NCBI GenBank assembly: GCA_964016885.1
Contig: OZ024740.1
Span: 117,428,001 to 117,492,000 of the forward strand
Source of the DNA: Eledone cirrhosa
Lineage: Eukaryota
Length of the DNA stretch: 64,000 nucleotides
Direction of reading: 5' to 3'
Under the pieces are notes generated by a model. It was not told the origin of the DNA, did not search any database, and was given only the letters and a program-made list of their open reading frames with translations. Position numbers and translations under genes: made by a program. Shown one piece after another: positions 1 through 14,147 of the stretch (its first letter is position 1; each line of letters begins with the position of its first letter).

Positions 1-87
1 AAAATACGGTGAAAGTTTATAATTTCTAATTTCAAACTCGCGCACCGTTTCAAAAACATACTTACATGTTTACGTTTATAATTTGCT

Positions 88-162
<75 letters not shown>

Positions 163-386
163 CATTCATTTGATTTATTGATTTTTTGATTTTTTTTCTG
201 GATGTCCCGAATCTTCCAGATCGCAATCTTTCGGTCGTACGGTTGATTATAGACTTGTTCTATGTGTGACGGTATTTTAACGATAGTTATAGTTCTGATT
301 TATCTGAATTATTGAGCCCTCTGCCGCTCATATCGAATTTTGTTTATCGTGAACTCGTGCGCCGATTTTTCGATACTCGATTATTC

Positions 387-457
<71 letters not shown>

Positions 458-458
458 T

Positions 459-526
459 AATGGAAAAATTTGAACAGGGACAAAACAGAGAGGCAGTACA
501 ACGAATGTTTATTAATTTCACGCTCT
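459..526 (-). mobile_element. Short 3'-terminal fragment of a PLE-type family (also at 25822-26790 and 47298-47486)
   Basis: aatggaaaaatttgaacagggacaaaacagagaggcagtacaacgaatg... is near identical to 25822 onward and to the reverse complement of the end of 47298-47486; it abuts (TA)n. Confidence 0.75.
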
Positions 527-1509
527 ATTTCCCACCACAAAAGCTGAAGCACACACACGCACACATACACCACACTCCCCCCACATACACACAGGCACAT
601 GTGTGTATCTTTTTATACAAACACTCTTACACGTACATACTCACACTCTCTAAAACCATATCCCCAAAATAGAATTTCTATTACAACCTTACTGTTGCCA
701 ATCCTATAGAATTTGTCTCTAGCTTACAATTCCCCCCTCCCCCTTCTCCACTCCCATCTGAACTCTTGACCAGTCCACTAACACAATTGAGATACACACA
801 TATTTACAAAATATTTCCTTTGTCCCTAAAAACAATTTTGTTCTATGTGAAGAAACAACTATCACCACTGCTGCTGCTACTATCACCTCTTTCTATATAC
901 ACAAGAGTTCATTTTACAGTCTCCTTCTCAACAAGGAAGATGAAAAAACTTACCTCAACACTTAATTTTAAATCTTTAATTTTTAGTTTTTAATCCTTAT
1001 TAATTCTTTTTAATTGTAATACTCAACATTTGATCAGATGAATTTTAATAATAAATCGAAATCGGTAATACTTTATATACATTATAAAACTCTTTTTTTT
1101 AAAAGAATTGTCCCTCTCATTTTTTCAATAATGTCACAAGAAAAAGAAAAACAGACCCTTAATATATATTTTCAGTGTTATTTCCAATTTCACCTTCTCT
1201 CTATAACCACTGTTTTGTATAGAACCTTACTTCCCTTTTCTAACATTTATATTCGTACAACGAACTAACAAACCCACACGCCCAAAGTGTAACTTCGAAG
1301 AGCAAAGTAAAGTCGATCGACAGAGGATTGTAAAATCCGAAGGTTCAGGAATGTAAGAAAATAAGATGAGATACGTCAGCCCGGAACTCCTCAATATTTC
1401 TACCAATCTACCACCGAATGAAGTATTTATAAAAAGGAAGGTGAGTGCTGAGAAAACTGCCCCTCCCCACAACACACTCATGCACAAACACACATACGTT
1501 CACTCACAG

Positions 1510-1540
1510 ATATATACATATACATATATATACGAAAATG

Positions 1541-1629
<89 letters not shown>

Positions 1630-1634
1630 CTGTA

Positions 1635-1668
<34 letters not shown>

Positions 1669-1850
1669 CTGTATATATATATATACATATATGTAAGAAA
1701 ATATGTAAATATCTATGTATATATTTATATGTATATGTATGTATGTATATATATATATATATATATATATGTATGAATATATATATATATATATATATAT
1801 GCATACACACATATATATACATATATATATTTGTGATATATCTATGTAAG

Positions 1851-1925
<75 letters not shown>

Positions 1926-2159
1926 CATTTACATATACATGTGTCTATCTCTCTATTGCTGTGGATGAGATTGTGTGTGTATGTGTGTATTACCAAGTAC
2001 ACCGCACATATGTAGGCATATCAAATGAGAAATTATGTAAACAAACATGAATAGAGGGGATGGAACTAGTGAGAGCCAGGTGGGATTGAAACCTGACCGC
2101 TTCATAATGACCATGTTTATATACGTTCTTAATTAATATGTATATATATATATATAATA

Positions 2160-2205
<46 letters not shown>
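1510..2205. repeat. Degenerate (TA)n microsatellite tracts
   Basis: Directly visible TA repeats with a short unique interruption (~1925-2135). Confidence 0.95.
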
Positions 2206-2246
2206 GCAGGCTTTGTATGCATCTCACTCTCTCTCTTCATATATAT

Positions 2247-2287
<41 letters not shown>

Positions 2288-2509
2288 TGTGTGCAAATTT
2301 AGATACATATATATTCAGAGATATACACACGAAAGATTTTGGAATATCTTGCTCCAGTTAACTTTTGACTTACAGGAAATAACAAGAGGTATGTGGCAGA
2401 TAATTTCAGAACCACAAACTTTCTTCTGAATACCTTCGCATCATGAATCTACCAGCATGAAATAGATACGTTTCTGGTGAGTTCTAGTTGTTAGAACAAC
2501 GGAAGAGCC

Positions 2510-2740
2510 TGTTTACGAAATTAACGTGCAAGTGGCTAAGCATTCTCAGATAAATCCACACTTAACGTAGTTCTTAGGGAGATTCAGAGTGAAACAGTCT
2601 GTGATGAGCCTGGCTTTTAAAATTACAGTACAACTAATATTTTCCAGTTGAGTATAATGGAACAACATCAAACTAAATGTCTTGCTCAAGGCCACAACGC
2701 CCCGTGATCATCACCCAAACTTTCTAATCATTAATTAGTC
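2510..2740 (-). mobile_element. Decayed SINE copy (CORE-like)
   Basis: tgtcttgctcaaggccacaacgc resembles the CORE-SINE motif; a similar diverged copy lies at ~10250-10480; orientation inferred. Confidence 0.5.
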
Positions 2741-3097
2741 AGGGACTAATATTGATTTTATTTTTTGGGCAAGTACTTTTTAGTTATTTCAGTCTTATCT
2801 CATCAGTGAATTATTTATAGTTAGAATTTAAAAAAAATTCTTTTTAAGTATGGTAACACTAACGTTTTACGAGGAAGATTTTTCTGGGTAAGTTATTAAA
2901 TAAACAATTGTTGTTTTCTATGCCAATTATGTATTTTCTTTTACTTGAGGACTGTGTTTCGTTGATGAAGTAATTATCAGATCAATAATTAATTAATATT
3001 AGTCTATGACTAATACATTTTTTTCCCAAATCGTATCAATATTTCTAATTAAGATGTTTCATGTTCTCTAACATTAAAGTGGTGTCAAATTTCGGAG

Positions 3098-3230
3098 AGG
3101 CGGCCAATTGGCAGAGTCGTTAGGGGTTCGGATTAAAAATGGCTCATTGCGCTCTGAGTTCAATACCCACCGCGATTTACCTTGCCTTTTATAATGTCTA
3201 GGTCCATAAACAAAATACCGGTCCAGATTA
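3098..3230 (+). mobile_element. tRNA-derived SINE 5' part
   Basis: A-box-like tggcagagtcgttag and B-box-like gagttcaatacc, followed by a core resembling the reverse complement of 10850-10915. Confidence 0.55.
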
Positions 3231-4761
3231 GGGTTTATTTTCCCTATATTCCACTTTTCCTCTGTCTTTCTTTCTCTCGAAGAAATCTGCTGAGTTTTAA
3301 AATTCCAAGGTCACTCCGTGTATCAGAACGGTGTTCCTACGACATCACGATGAGTTAAGAACCCTTTATTTTACCCCTTTTTACAAGCCTCGGATGATAT
3401 CTGTATCACCCTGAATTTTATCTGTTGTAGTTCATATGTAATTTCTTACCAATGATAGTAGATTTTAGTGAATTGAATTAGACAAGTTAAATGTACTATT
3501 AAAGGATCCACTGATTGAATTGTCAGGGATTGTAATTTACGAATCGTTTCTAACAGTTGTAGTTGTAATAGTCGCAGTTGTCGTTCATTAATGAAGAATT
3601 CTAATTGATTTACTAAGATAATATATGCAACATGACTTAAAAAATAATTATATAAAACCTTATTAGGAACCCATTCCAATTTGACGATTTTGTAAAATAG
3701 AAACAAAGCCGGTTTGGGGGCAGATTGAAATTAAAAGAGTTGAGGGTGGAAGAGATCTCTACTCGCCGTTCACTTTGACTGTTTAACTCTTGGAGAGAGA
3801 TTGAAGATAATGAGATCAAACTCATTTAGTACAAGCTGGAGAATCGAAAAAAGACGCATACGTATAGAGTTACATTTGTAGATGTCTTCTATGTGGCAGA
3901 AAGTGCACATCAATGATTGGAATGTGGTTTTGATTAACAATCATAAGCAAGGATGTGTGTCTGTGTGCATATCTATGGGTTTATGTGCAAGCGAATGTGT
4001 GCATGTGTGTATATGCATATATATATATGAGAATATGCATGTGTATGTGTGCCTGTATGCTTAGAAGAGCGTGTGCATGTAACACGATTAGGACAATGAC
4101 ATAAAATAGGAAAATATATACTAAAAGAAAATAAATATTATCATACATATTTGGTAGAATCTGGATGCAAGTATTTTAAAGACAGGAAAGGCGCTATCTC
4201 GTATTTTCGGGGTTTCTTTTTCCTTCTATAACATATGGCAACAATTCTAATATCATCATAAGGAAATAAAGACACACAAATACCTACACACACATCCGTA
4301 ATTAAAGACACAGACACAGACACACGCACAAACACACAAATATATACATATATATCATTAAGCGCTCAGAAATCACCTCTATAGAGATCATAATCTCTTA
4401 GTTCCGAAATTCTAATAAAGAAAGGAAGAGACTCTTAAGTCAACAAATTTGTGTGTTAAATAGTCATATTCAGTTAAGACACGCTGTGAAAATGTCTTGA
4501 TGTGTGTCTGAATGTGTGAGAGATAGATAAATTTCTTTATTAGCCACAAGGGCACAAAAGAAGGGGACAAATACAAATGGGGAGTTTACATACAGGTATA
4601 TGAAAATAAAACTATTAATAAAATAACAAATAACAATTGAAATCCCCAATAGGGGGAGGCGTTACACAGGGTTTGTACACACCCCGAAAAAATGTACAAC
4701 CCTCATCTCCACGAGCACCAAGAGTGAGTACTCCCTTCCTCTCTTCCTCTTTTTCCTTAAC

Positions 4762-7700
4762 CTACAGGCTTATATAGAGGGAAGGCCCAACCACTCGGGC
4801 CATCTTTGCCACATTCACCCACCTTTTATGAAATTTGCTGGGGTACAGCACCTCTCTCTCCATCCTGATTTTTCTTCCAAAATGATATTTGGAAAAACGA
4901 ATCAGTTGTGCACCGGAGAGAAAGGTGTCTGACCTCAGCCCTTTTAACCTCGTCCACCATATAACCTCTTTCACCATAGCCATAACACATAGAAAAACCG
5001 CCTCTCCCTCGTTTTTGAAGGAGGGTGGCGGTTTGATCATGACAATGGACTCGGTGGTCAACTGGATTGGTCCCACCCGCGAAAATAGTCGTTCTACATA
5101 GCCCCACATGTCGGTAACGCCCGGGCAGTGTACAAATGCGTGCGCGACGGTTTCCTCCTCACGCACGCATCTCGGACACATCTTTTTCGAAGGGTCACTG
5201 CCCGGGCGGCCGTGTCTGTAGAGCTTGTCTCGAACTGGTAGAGCTCCTCGGTAGCACTGCCAGGCCAGGGACTTTTGGAAGTTGTCCATTGGTCCCGGGT
5301 GGAAGGTCCTACCAAACAGACTGGCCAGTTCGTCCTCCTCTACGCCCAGAGTTTCTCCGAGCGCGTCGTCGCACTTGCTGCAGACCAACCCTCTATAGAA
5401 TGTCGAAGTGAAGTCTCTACTGATCACCGAGTCCGTTTGCCAGAGGACTGTGAGCGCCTGAGCACATTCGATGTGCCAGTCGCCCATTTTCCTCGGTTCT
5501 TTGCTTGACTCAAGACTGCAGCTCGGTCAGCGAGACGAGTCGTGGCAAGGCTCGCCTCACGAACGGGGACCACGCCGGTTGTCCGGTGAGGAATACGTGG
5601 AAGTGCCGCAGCCTGAGCGCGTGTTTACGCATTGTCAGCCACGGCATCCCCACCCCTCCGTTTGACGGGTGTTGGCAGCAGATGGATCTTCTCAACAAAG
5701 GAGCCCGTTTCTTCCAAAGGAATTGGAAGAGCGCGCGCTCCATTTTGGTGAGCATTTTTGATGGACAAGGCATGGTCAAGCGGTAGTAGAAGACGGACGC
5801 TATAAAAGTGTTCGCCATCTCTGCTCGGCCTTTCAAGGATAGTTTGCACTCGGCCCACTTCTGGGTGAGCGCAAACACCTTGGCCGTCACCTCGTTCCAG
5901 TTCTTCTCCACCTGGAGGTCCGGACCAAACCAGACCCCGAGCAGCTTTCCCGGTCCTTCCGCCCAGCGTCCGATGACGCCATCAGAAGGCATCGGTTTTC
6001 CTCTCCACGTTCCGAGTTGCAAACCGACGGATTTGTCCCGGTTCAGCTTCGCTCCTGTGAACCTTTCGTATTCCTCCAGTAACGTGCCGACCTCCCCGAT
6101 TTGCGAGGTGCTCGACACGATTACTGTCACGTCGTTGGCGTAGGCCGACGCCGCTTTTCGCAGTCCCGGTTCCAAACGGATGCCCTGCAATAGCTCCAGC
6201 TTCCGCAGTAGTGGCTCGAGAGTCAGTACGTACAGAAGGGAGGAGAGAGGCCATCCCTGTCGGATGGATCGCGTGATATAGAACGGCTCCGAGAGGTAGC
6301 CGTTCATCTTGACCCTTGAGCAGATGTTGCTGCTGTGCATTGCAGCAATCCAGCCCCTGAACACGGGTCCGAATCCTGCCGCCTCGAGTACCGCATCCAC
6401 GTAACGATGGTCAACCCTATCGAAAGCCTTAGACTGATCCAAGTTGATCAGGGCTCCACCGAAGCAGGGTTTACACCTACCCTCTCTATGATGTATTGCA
6501 TGAGGTGGAGGTTGTCGTGTATGGACCTGGTCGGGATTGCGCATATCTGCGCTTCTCCCACCAGGTTTGCGACGACAAGCACCAGCCTCTTTGCCAACAC
6601 CTTGGCCAAAATCAGTAACTCTGTGTTTAGCAGAGTTATGGGCCGGAAGTTGCCTATGTCATCCGCCTAATTCTCGTCCTTCTTGACTAACGTGACTATG
6701 CCCTTAGTCACAGAACTGGGAATTCTCCTGTTCTGCTGCCAGTTGCAGCAGACCGCTTCCAGGAAACCGGAGAACAAGTCCGGCATTGCTACGTAAAATT
6801 CGTAGGGTAGACCGTCGAGACCTGGAGATTTGCGTTTGCCGCATTGGTTCAGCGCGTCCCCTATCTCAGCGGCTGAAATCGGGCTTTCGCAGAACTTCGC
6901 CTCGCCGTCCGAGAGTCGCGGCAGGCCGTCGAGGTATGGACTGAAATCCATACATAGCCCCTCTCGGCGCGCCACCCTGCCCGAACAGTTGAGCAATGTG
7001 CCGCTGAAAGGCCGCGCACATCCGCTTCGGCTCACGTATCACGCGTCCGTCTTGGTCCTTCAAAGACCGAATCGTGGACTTGTCACTTTTCGCCTCCGTC
7101 ACTCGGGCCCAGCTAACAGCTTTGGCTCCCTCGTTTCCCAGAGCAGGTATTTTTCTTCTGACAACGCAGCCTTCGTGCTTTGCGTCGAAGAACAGGTCCA
7201 AGGCCGTTCTCGTCGCTAGCACGCTGCTTACGTTGCCACTCCTAAGTGCCTCTTCTACTCTATCTACCAGTTCCTTTTCGGTCTTATTTCTATCTAACAC
7301 TAATTCTTTACTAAAACCTATCGAGTCTAATCTAACTGCCCTCTTGAGAGAGTACCACCATCTGTTGTAGACAATGGCCCCCGTCAAGTGCTGCTTAACT
7401 AAAGTGCTAATCCGTCTACTTTGCATGTCGGTAACGACAAGTTCAGCTTCCAGTAGCCGGGTCTCTGTCTATGGATTCTATCAAGGTTGACTAAGCAGGT
7501 CACGAGGTTGTGATCTGAATAGGCAACCATGAAAATTTGTGGACAGCTTACTTATCGCTAACTCTAACTAGAAACCTATCTAGGTACGATCTAGATGTTC
7601 CGTTCTGGTTGGTCCACGTCCACAGTGGCACAGTTGGAAAATCTAGTCGATATCTATCGGCCAGTTGAAATCGGCCGATTAACTGTTTGAGTCTGTTACA

Positions 7701-8183
7701 CCCCCCTCTATCGGGACATGCTCCCACATAGTCCCAACGTGTGTCTAGGATTCCATTCCAGTCCCACACTAACAGCAGGGAGCGGGACGTTCCCAGAAAA
7801 GTCTCTAGACGTTTGAAGAAGTCTGGCCGCGGTATCCCGGATGGGGCATATGCGGCCACCAGCCAGAAGGCTCCACCTTCACTACCGTCAACGTCTAGGA
7901 CCACCAATCGATCCTCCGGGTCCAGATATACCGTCTGTGTTACCAGGTCTAGGTGTTTCCGCAGCAAAACGGCGACCCCACCCCGAACTCCCGGCTGACA
8001 GAGAGATGCGTAGATCTCAAAGTCGTCGAAGATGGGGGCCATTTGTCGCTCGCTGTGGATCCTGTACTCGCAAATGGCTACTACATCCATGCTGTGCGAC
8101 CTGAGGTCGGTTAAGAGTTTACCCTGTTTCCAGGTCATCCCCAGGCCGCGTACATTCACGCATCCAACTCTTATATTGGCCAT
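4762..8183 (-). pseudogene. Tx1/L1 ORF2 (APE endonuclease - reverse transcriptase - zf-RVT), broken by several frameshifts/stops
   Basis: NVRGL, WDWN, SYLDRF (APE); [33 protein letters not shown] (YADD mutated); CPRC..EETVAHAFVHC. Confidence 0.92.
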
Positions 8184-8765
8184 GTTGGTGCTGAAAAGTT
8201 AAAAGAAGAGGAAAAGAAATCACCTACCTCTTCGTCTCCTGGGGACCAGGCTGCACAATTTCCATGGGGGTGTTGGAGGGGTTGTTTGGTGTGGTGGTGG
8301 TCTCTGGTGGGGTGGGGACGGAGATGTTTGGTGGGGAGGGGGTGTCAGGTGGAGTAGGGGTGTCTGGGGTGGGAGTGGCTGGGGTGGGGAAACATTTCAA
8401 AAGGACGCGGTTATAGGGTTTGACGCAGGGGTTACCTACTTCGTTAGGAAATCTTTTCTTTTAACTGTTTATGTGTGTCCATGGAGATCCTAATCATTTT
8501 AAGATTAGGATTCTCCGAAGTGTGTGTAAAAGTTTTCCCTTCGGTGGAGACCGAAGGGTTTTTATATATGGTGTCTGTTAAAGTTTTATTGTTAGTATTT
8601 ATGTAGGTGTAACATTTTTATTGTGTTGTGTTGCTTTTTGTCTGTGGTTCTTGTGTGTGTTTACCTTTTGTTGTAGGTGTTTTGTTTTCAGGAGGGGGTG
8701 TTTTTGTTTGTGCTGTTTGCGTCGCTTGTGTTGGTGTTTGTATGTTTGCTACATTTTTGTTTGTG

Positions 8766-9590
8766 TTATGTCTTTTCTTTTTTCTTTTTACTGCTTAGGC
8801 AGTGGTAACATGATGGCCACCTACCCTCGACCGAAATGTTTATGTATATAAGCCGATCCAGCAGCACGCGGTCGGGGATCCTAGCTATTCGTTCTGGTGT
8901 CATTTGGACCAGAATTTCCAGGCTAGTTCCGCTGAACAGGTCACCGGAGGACTTACCTACCGATATTATTGAGTCTTTTTCGAGGTTTAAAAATCCACAT
9001 AGTACCCACCAAATATCAATATTTGGTGTGATTCTTTGGATTTTTATTTTCTGTGTTCTTTTCCCCATGTAAGTGGGGAAAAAGGTGAACAACGGTGACA
9101 CAATTGGCGACACCGAATATTTCTGTGCCGTCAGTTGGTCTTTCATCAGAATGGATAAACACCCGTAGAGTCTACCCTTCTGAATGAAAGCAATGTCTTT
9201 TAAGGCATCTTCTAAAACCAACTCAATTTCGCCTTGTGAAAGTTGAGTCGGTTTTCGGGTTTTGTTTGAGACTGTCCTGAAAACCACAGTTTTCAAAGCA
9301 GCTTATCTTCGCAAATCTGGGGGAGAGTTTATAGAGAATGATCCGTTCTCCCCAAAAGTGATGTACTGTCTGGCGTTATTCAAAACCTCATTTGCATTTG
9401 AAAGATCTACATGAGTGTAGCTTACCGTTTTCTTTACGGTTTGTGCAATCGATATTTTGTCGTTTACTTCCTTGTTGCAGTTATTGGTCTTGTTGTTGTT
9501 GTTAATGTTCTTGTTGTTGGTGTTGTTTTCGTTCATAGCATTGTTGTTTTTGTTATTGCTGGTGCCACTGGTTGTGTTGTTTTTGTTCAT
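8766..9590 (-). pseudogene. Tx1-type ORF1 (gag-like) remnant
   Basis: Lies upstream of ORF2 on the same strand; Asn-rich N-terminus; VEGRWPSCYHC zinc-knuckle start; interrupted by a stop near 9303. Confidence 0.65.
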
Positions 9591-9978
9591 TGTTTCACAC
9601 TACTGGTCTTGGTTTGTTGCCATGGCAGCGTCAAGCTGTCGGTCAGCAGGTGGCGAAAATCCTTCCTCTTGCTGACCTTTGTCTTTGACATCTGCTACTA
9701 TGACAGTGGTAGGGGAAGCTGTAAGCATATCTTCCCCTTTCCTCCTTCGAATGTTTGTAAAGAAGCTTCAGCTATTTTTGTTTTAAATGTTAGTTTTTCC
9801 AAAAAATTGTTATGAACTATTTCGCCTAAAGGCGTAGAATATTTTGAAAGACTGACCAGATCAAAATTTGACCTGGCAGTCCCTCTACAAATTGGTATAA
9901 AAATAAAGGTTCACAGTTAAGAATTTCTATAGAAATTTAGGCAGAACTTACCCAGCAAGTTTCACGCGTGTCCATCCC

Positions 9979-10100
9979 AGAGATAGATAGATAGATAAAT
10001 AGATAACTAGATAGATAAATAGATAGATATATAGATAGGTAGGTAGATAGGTAGATAGAGTAAAAGATAGATAGATACATAGGCAAGTAGTTAAATAGAT
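9979..10100. repeat. (GATA)n tetranucleotide microsatellite
   Basis: agatagatagatagataaatagat... directly visible. Confidence 0.9.
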
Positions 10101-10249
10101 GGAGATAGTAAATGAGAAAGGAAGGGTTTTGCACATACTGCCAAGCCCAAATACACCCACCTACCAATCTTATTCCTTCTTTTGGATCACCATCTGTTCG
10201 TAGGACGAGCGTTCCAGTTATGTGACCTAAAAGACAGCCTGATCTTGAA

Positions 10250-10480
10250 ACTTATAAGCAAACTGCTACATATTCTATAGAGACATGCACGCTTAAATAA
10301 TTCTTATGGTGAATCAGTGTGACATTGAGTAGGACACAACTTAGCCCTTTTGAATTACTGGTACAACTCATTCTTTCAGGCTGTGTGTACAGATGCAATG
10401 TGCAATAAATTGTGTTGTTGAAATACACAATTCATGACCTTACGGTTGAGCTGAGCACCCTAACCAATAAGCCACACCAT
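10250..10480 (-). mobile_element. Decayed SINE copy (same family as 2510-2740)
   Basis: Shares tacaact-a-ttt-ccag, acacaa and ccctaacca-taagccac segments typical of the reversed tRNA head. Confidence 0.4.
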
Positions 10481-10784
10481 TTCACACATATATATATACA
10501 TGCAAACATAAATAGACGCATATCTATATAATTATGTATATGGATACACACGATCATGTGTTTGTATAGATATATTTATGATATCACTGTATTGTGAGAG
10601 ATGACTTAAAGCTTTGGCGTCATGAATGGTATCCAGTTGGAAAACACAGTCTCAAAATGTCCTGTCCACCTACAAATACATACAGAGTTTCACACACTGA
10701 TTGACACACATTTACTTTACTATTTAGATAGTATAGAGAAGGAACTGTTTATTATTTGTTATTAGCCGAACCAAGTTATATAAT

Positions 10785-11325
10785 GGTTTCTAATATAGCC
10801 CCAATGACAACGATTATTTGAGGGGAAAGGGGAACTCGATTTCATCGACCCCAGTAATTGACTGGTACTTTATTTTACCGACCTTGAAAGGATGAAAGGC
10901 AAGGTTGAACTTGCTCAGATTTAATTATAGAATGTAAATACATAGAAGAAATAACACAAAGCACTTCGTCCGACACCAAAATAATTCTGGCAATTCACCA
11001 CTTTTATTGTTAATAATAATAATAATGATTTCTACAATAGGCACAAGGCTAGCAACTTTTTTGGGGAAAGAGAAAGTTGATTGAATCTACGTCAGCTGGG
11101 ATGAAAGGTAAAACAATAATGGTTTCTTTATTCGTACTAAGCATTTTGTCCGACTATCTAACAATTCCAACAGTCCAAAATAATCCAATAATAATAAAAT
11201 GTCATGTTTTGTATCAAGAGAACATGACTAGTACTTCTTTATCGACCTGGAATGGATGAAAGGTATAGTTAACTCTTTCATTCCAGGTCGATAAAAAACG
11301 TACCAGTCAAGTACTGGGGTCGATT
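10785..11325. mobile_element. Cluster of SINE fragments, one as an inverted pair
   Basis: actggtactttattttaccgaccttgaaaggatgaaaggc core recurs; 11227-11308 holds tatcgacctggaatg and its inverse cattccaggtcgata. Confidence 0.55.
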
Positions 11326-11944
11326 CTGTATATCTTTCTCCTTTCCATTCTCTCATTCTCTCTATCCTTCTCTGCATGAAATCTACTGTATTCAGAACTG
11401 GAGAGAAGATGGTCTACGCCAGGTTTAAGAAATGTCATAGAAACGTCGTATGTCAATATGGTACCCCTACATCTCCCCCAGGAGTAACGGGACCATGAAT
11501 GCATCACGAAAAAAAGGTATATAGTTAAAATATTCTTTTTATAAAAGGAAAAAACAAAGAATCGCAGCAAATTAGCAGATAAACACTTATCCACTTTGAC
11601 TATATATTAAAGAAATGCAGATGTAAATGCAACACATCTTGTAGCATCAAAAATGAGGGCAATAAAGAAACGAATTAAATCGTGTCAGGTAAACGATGGT
11701 TATTTTTGTTTATTCCAAGTTAACCTCGACGGAGCAGATTTATGATCAAAAGTATTTCTGTCGTAACATAACAAGATGGGAACAAAAACAATTTTTATTT
11801 TTATGGTGCCTGCAAATTTAGACCAGACTGATATTTTCATGCCATTGACTCGTTTTCTTCACGTAGTTCTAGTTTTACATATATTATTGACTTTATTACC
11901 CTTCTGGAACTGTATTATTAGTTGTTCGTAAATCTAAATACATC

Positions 11945-11985
11945 TGTATTGTTTTGCTGATGATGCTAGTTTGCATGTATATAGT
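11945..11985 (+). pseudogene. Tiny LINE RT remnant
   Basis: tgttttgctgatgatgctagtttgcat reads CFADDASLH; nothing else supports it. Confidence 0.25.
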
Positions 11986-13774
11986 GCATATCCTAACAAT
12001 AATTCTCTCCTCTTACAAATGTTGATATGAGATGATCTCAAACAAAAAAGTTTGAATCATTCATTTTTTTTTGGTTTTATTTACAGAGAGTTCACGTTGA
12101 TTGAACTGAGAAAACCTATTACTTATTTTGTGAAAAGAGCTAATATTGCCTATTTCGAAGAACAACTCGGATAAATCATGGGCTCCTCATGTTGCGTGTA
12201 AAATGTGTATGGAGCATTTACGGCAATGGTCCAATTTGAAAAAAGAGGCTTGAAATTTGGTATACCAATGGTATGGACAGAAAAGAAAAACCACAGTGAT
12301 GACTTACTTTTTTTTATGAATAACATGGCACCAATAGGCGTGCAGCAGTAAATGGACATATCCCCGAGACTTAACCTTGTAGCGCATTCAGATGAGATAC
12401 CTGTTCCATCATTTAGTCATCTTCCAGAGCTCCCTCACGAAGATGATGAGTCAGCTATTGACAAAGAAAGCATATTTGGGTAAAATTCCGACGATTTCGA
12501 GGGAGTGTCATCAGTTAGAGAAAAGGTTAATCAATATGAGTTGAAATAATCTCATAGAGGACTTAAGTTTTTCGAAGAAATCGTCCGAATTGTTAGCTCC
12601 CAGGCTGGGACAAAACACTTACCGGCAACTAAAATCATTATATCACAACATGTAAAAAAAAATAAATATAAAGCAACAAGGACTTGCAGCCCTTCAAAAG
12701 AAAGCGGTGTTGTTTTCTGAAACAATGTGTGAGAATTTCTGATGAAACTTGGCATATTTATATACGCACCAACTGAATAGTGGTTATTCCTAGATAGCTT
12801 CAAATAGAATTAATCTGTATTCTATACAATGGCTGAACAGATATCGATCAATTTCAAGTCGTCACCCAATCGGTATGGGTGAAGAGCACGGGACAATTGC
12901 TTTAGTCCGAGAATAGATGTTATTCTAAGATGATTGATGGGTGATCGGAATTGAACTGAAGATGGTGATTTTTTTCTGGACCAGCAGTGAGGGTGCAAAA
13001 AGTATCCATGCCTTATATGTATCTGGGACTGCCGAAAAGTGGGTGAGATGACAGTGGCCTCTGAGACAAAACAGTGGTTGGAGAAACTAATACCAAAGAT
13101 CACCACTCTGAACATTAAAATAGTTTGATGAAATATTTTATAAAGGCTCTGTGCAGAGATATGTGGGTTTTGGCTACATCCATAAAAAATATCCTACATT
13201 GACCACGAAAAAGTGAAGGGAAATAATTCCAATTGACCGCAAATCCAGGAAATCATAAAAATCTGCTTTCCAAGAATCAATAGACAACACTAAGGCACGT
13301 GTTGGCCATCATCTAGTATGGCTGTGAAGAATTTCCTTAGGAATTATAAGGCTGAATACTACAGTGAACTTTTTCTAAAATGAGCATCAAACTTCATTAT
13401 CTCCCCTGTCATTTGGATCATTTCCCAGATAACCTCGGTGATCTATATAAGGAATGGAATGATCGAAGTCAACAAAAACTAAAGCCCATGGAAGAATGGT
13501 ACCACGAACGATGGGATACTTACAGCAGGAACATCCAACGTGAATGTACAGTCATATCTCACAACACGAAATCTCAGAAATACTGTTTATGTGAGATGTC
13601 ACAATGAAACAACATTCGTTTTGTCACTCGTGTCTCAAACTTGTTTGAAATTAATAAATATATTTTATACCTTATGCTTCTTTGATGTTAATACACTACG
13701 TTTGTTGACATTTATCATCGTTTTGTATTTAATTGGCAATCACAGTAATTGCCAGAATTATAAAATAATTATAT

Positions 13775-14130
13775 TCTTCTTCTTCTTCACTCACTTATTC
13801 CCGAGAGGGTCATGGGGGCTGAGTCCTCAAACACTCCTACCAGCGGGCCCTGTAAGAAGCAACCAACTCCAACTGATCCAGCCGGATCCCCAAGCGAGAC
13901 CAGCCAAGATTATGGATGTTATCCAACCATCTTGCTCGGGGTCTCCTGCTGGTTGGTTTTGCTCGTAAAAATCTGTCCAGCGATTCATTCCTGAGACATT
14001 CTAACCACATGCCCATAATATCGGAGCTGTGATCTCTCAATTCGGAGAGGTAGCAGCTCTGCCAGGAGTGACTCTCTGAACACCAAGCTACGCACTTTAT
14101 CGAATAACGTTATTCCAAAGACCCTATTAT
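13775..14130 (-). mobile_element. 3' fragment of an RTE-like LINE
   Basis: C-terminal RPRARWLDNI motif and a (GAA)n-type tail at 13775-13787. Confidence 0.65.
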
Positions 14131-14147
14131 ACACATTATATAAAATA

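Larger units (their letters stand above)
4530..9978 (-). mobile_element. Full-length decayed non-LTR retrotransposon, L1/Tx1-type
   Basis: ORF1 with zinc-knuckle remnant, ORF2 with APE endonuclease + RT + C-terminal Cys/His motif; AATAAA on the - strand at 4536-4541; 11-bp direct repeat agagatagata at 4519-4529 and 9979-9989. Confidence 0.88.

Noticed and set aside
2365-2395. Possible host micro-exon (ttacag...gtatgt)
   Set aside because: Only splice-like words are present, with no coding or homology support.
4826-9815. Antisense and alternate-frame ORFs over the Tx1 LINE (likewise over the CR1 and PLE copies)
   Set aside because: They are shadow frames of TE coding sequence with no recognisable motifs.
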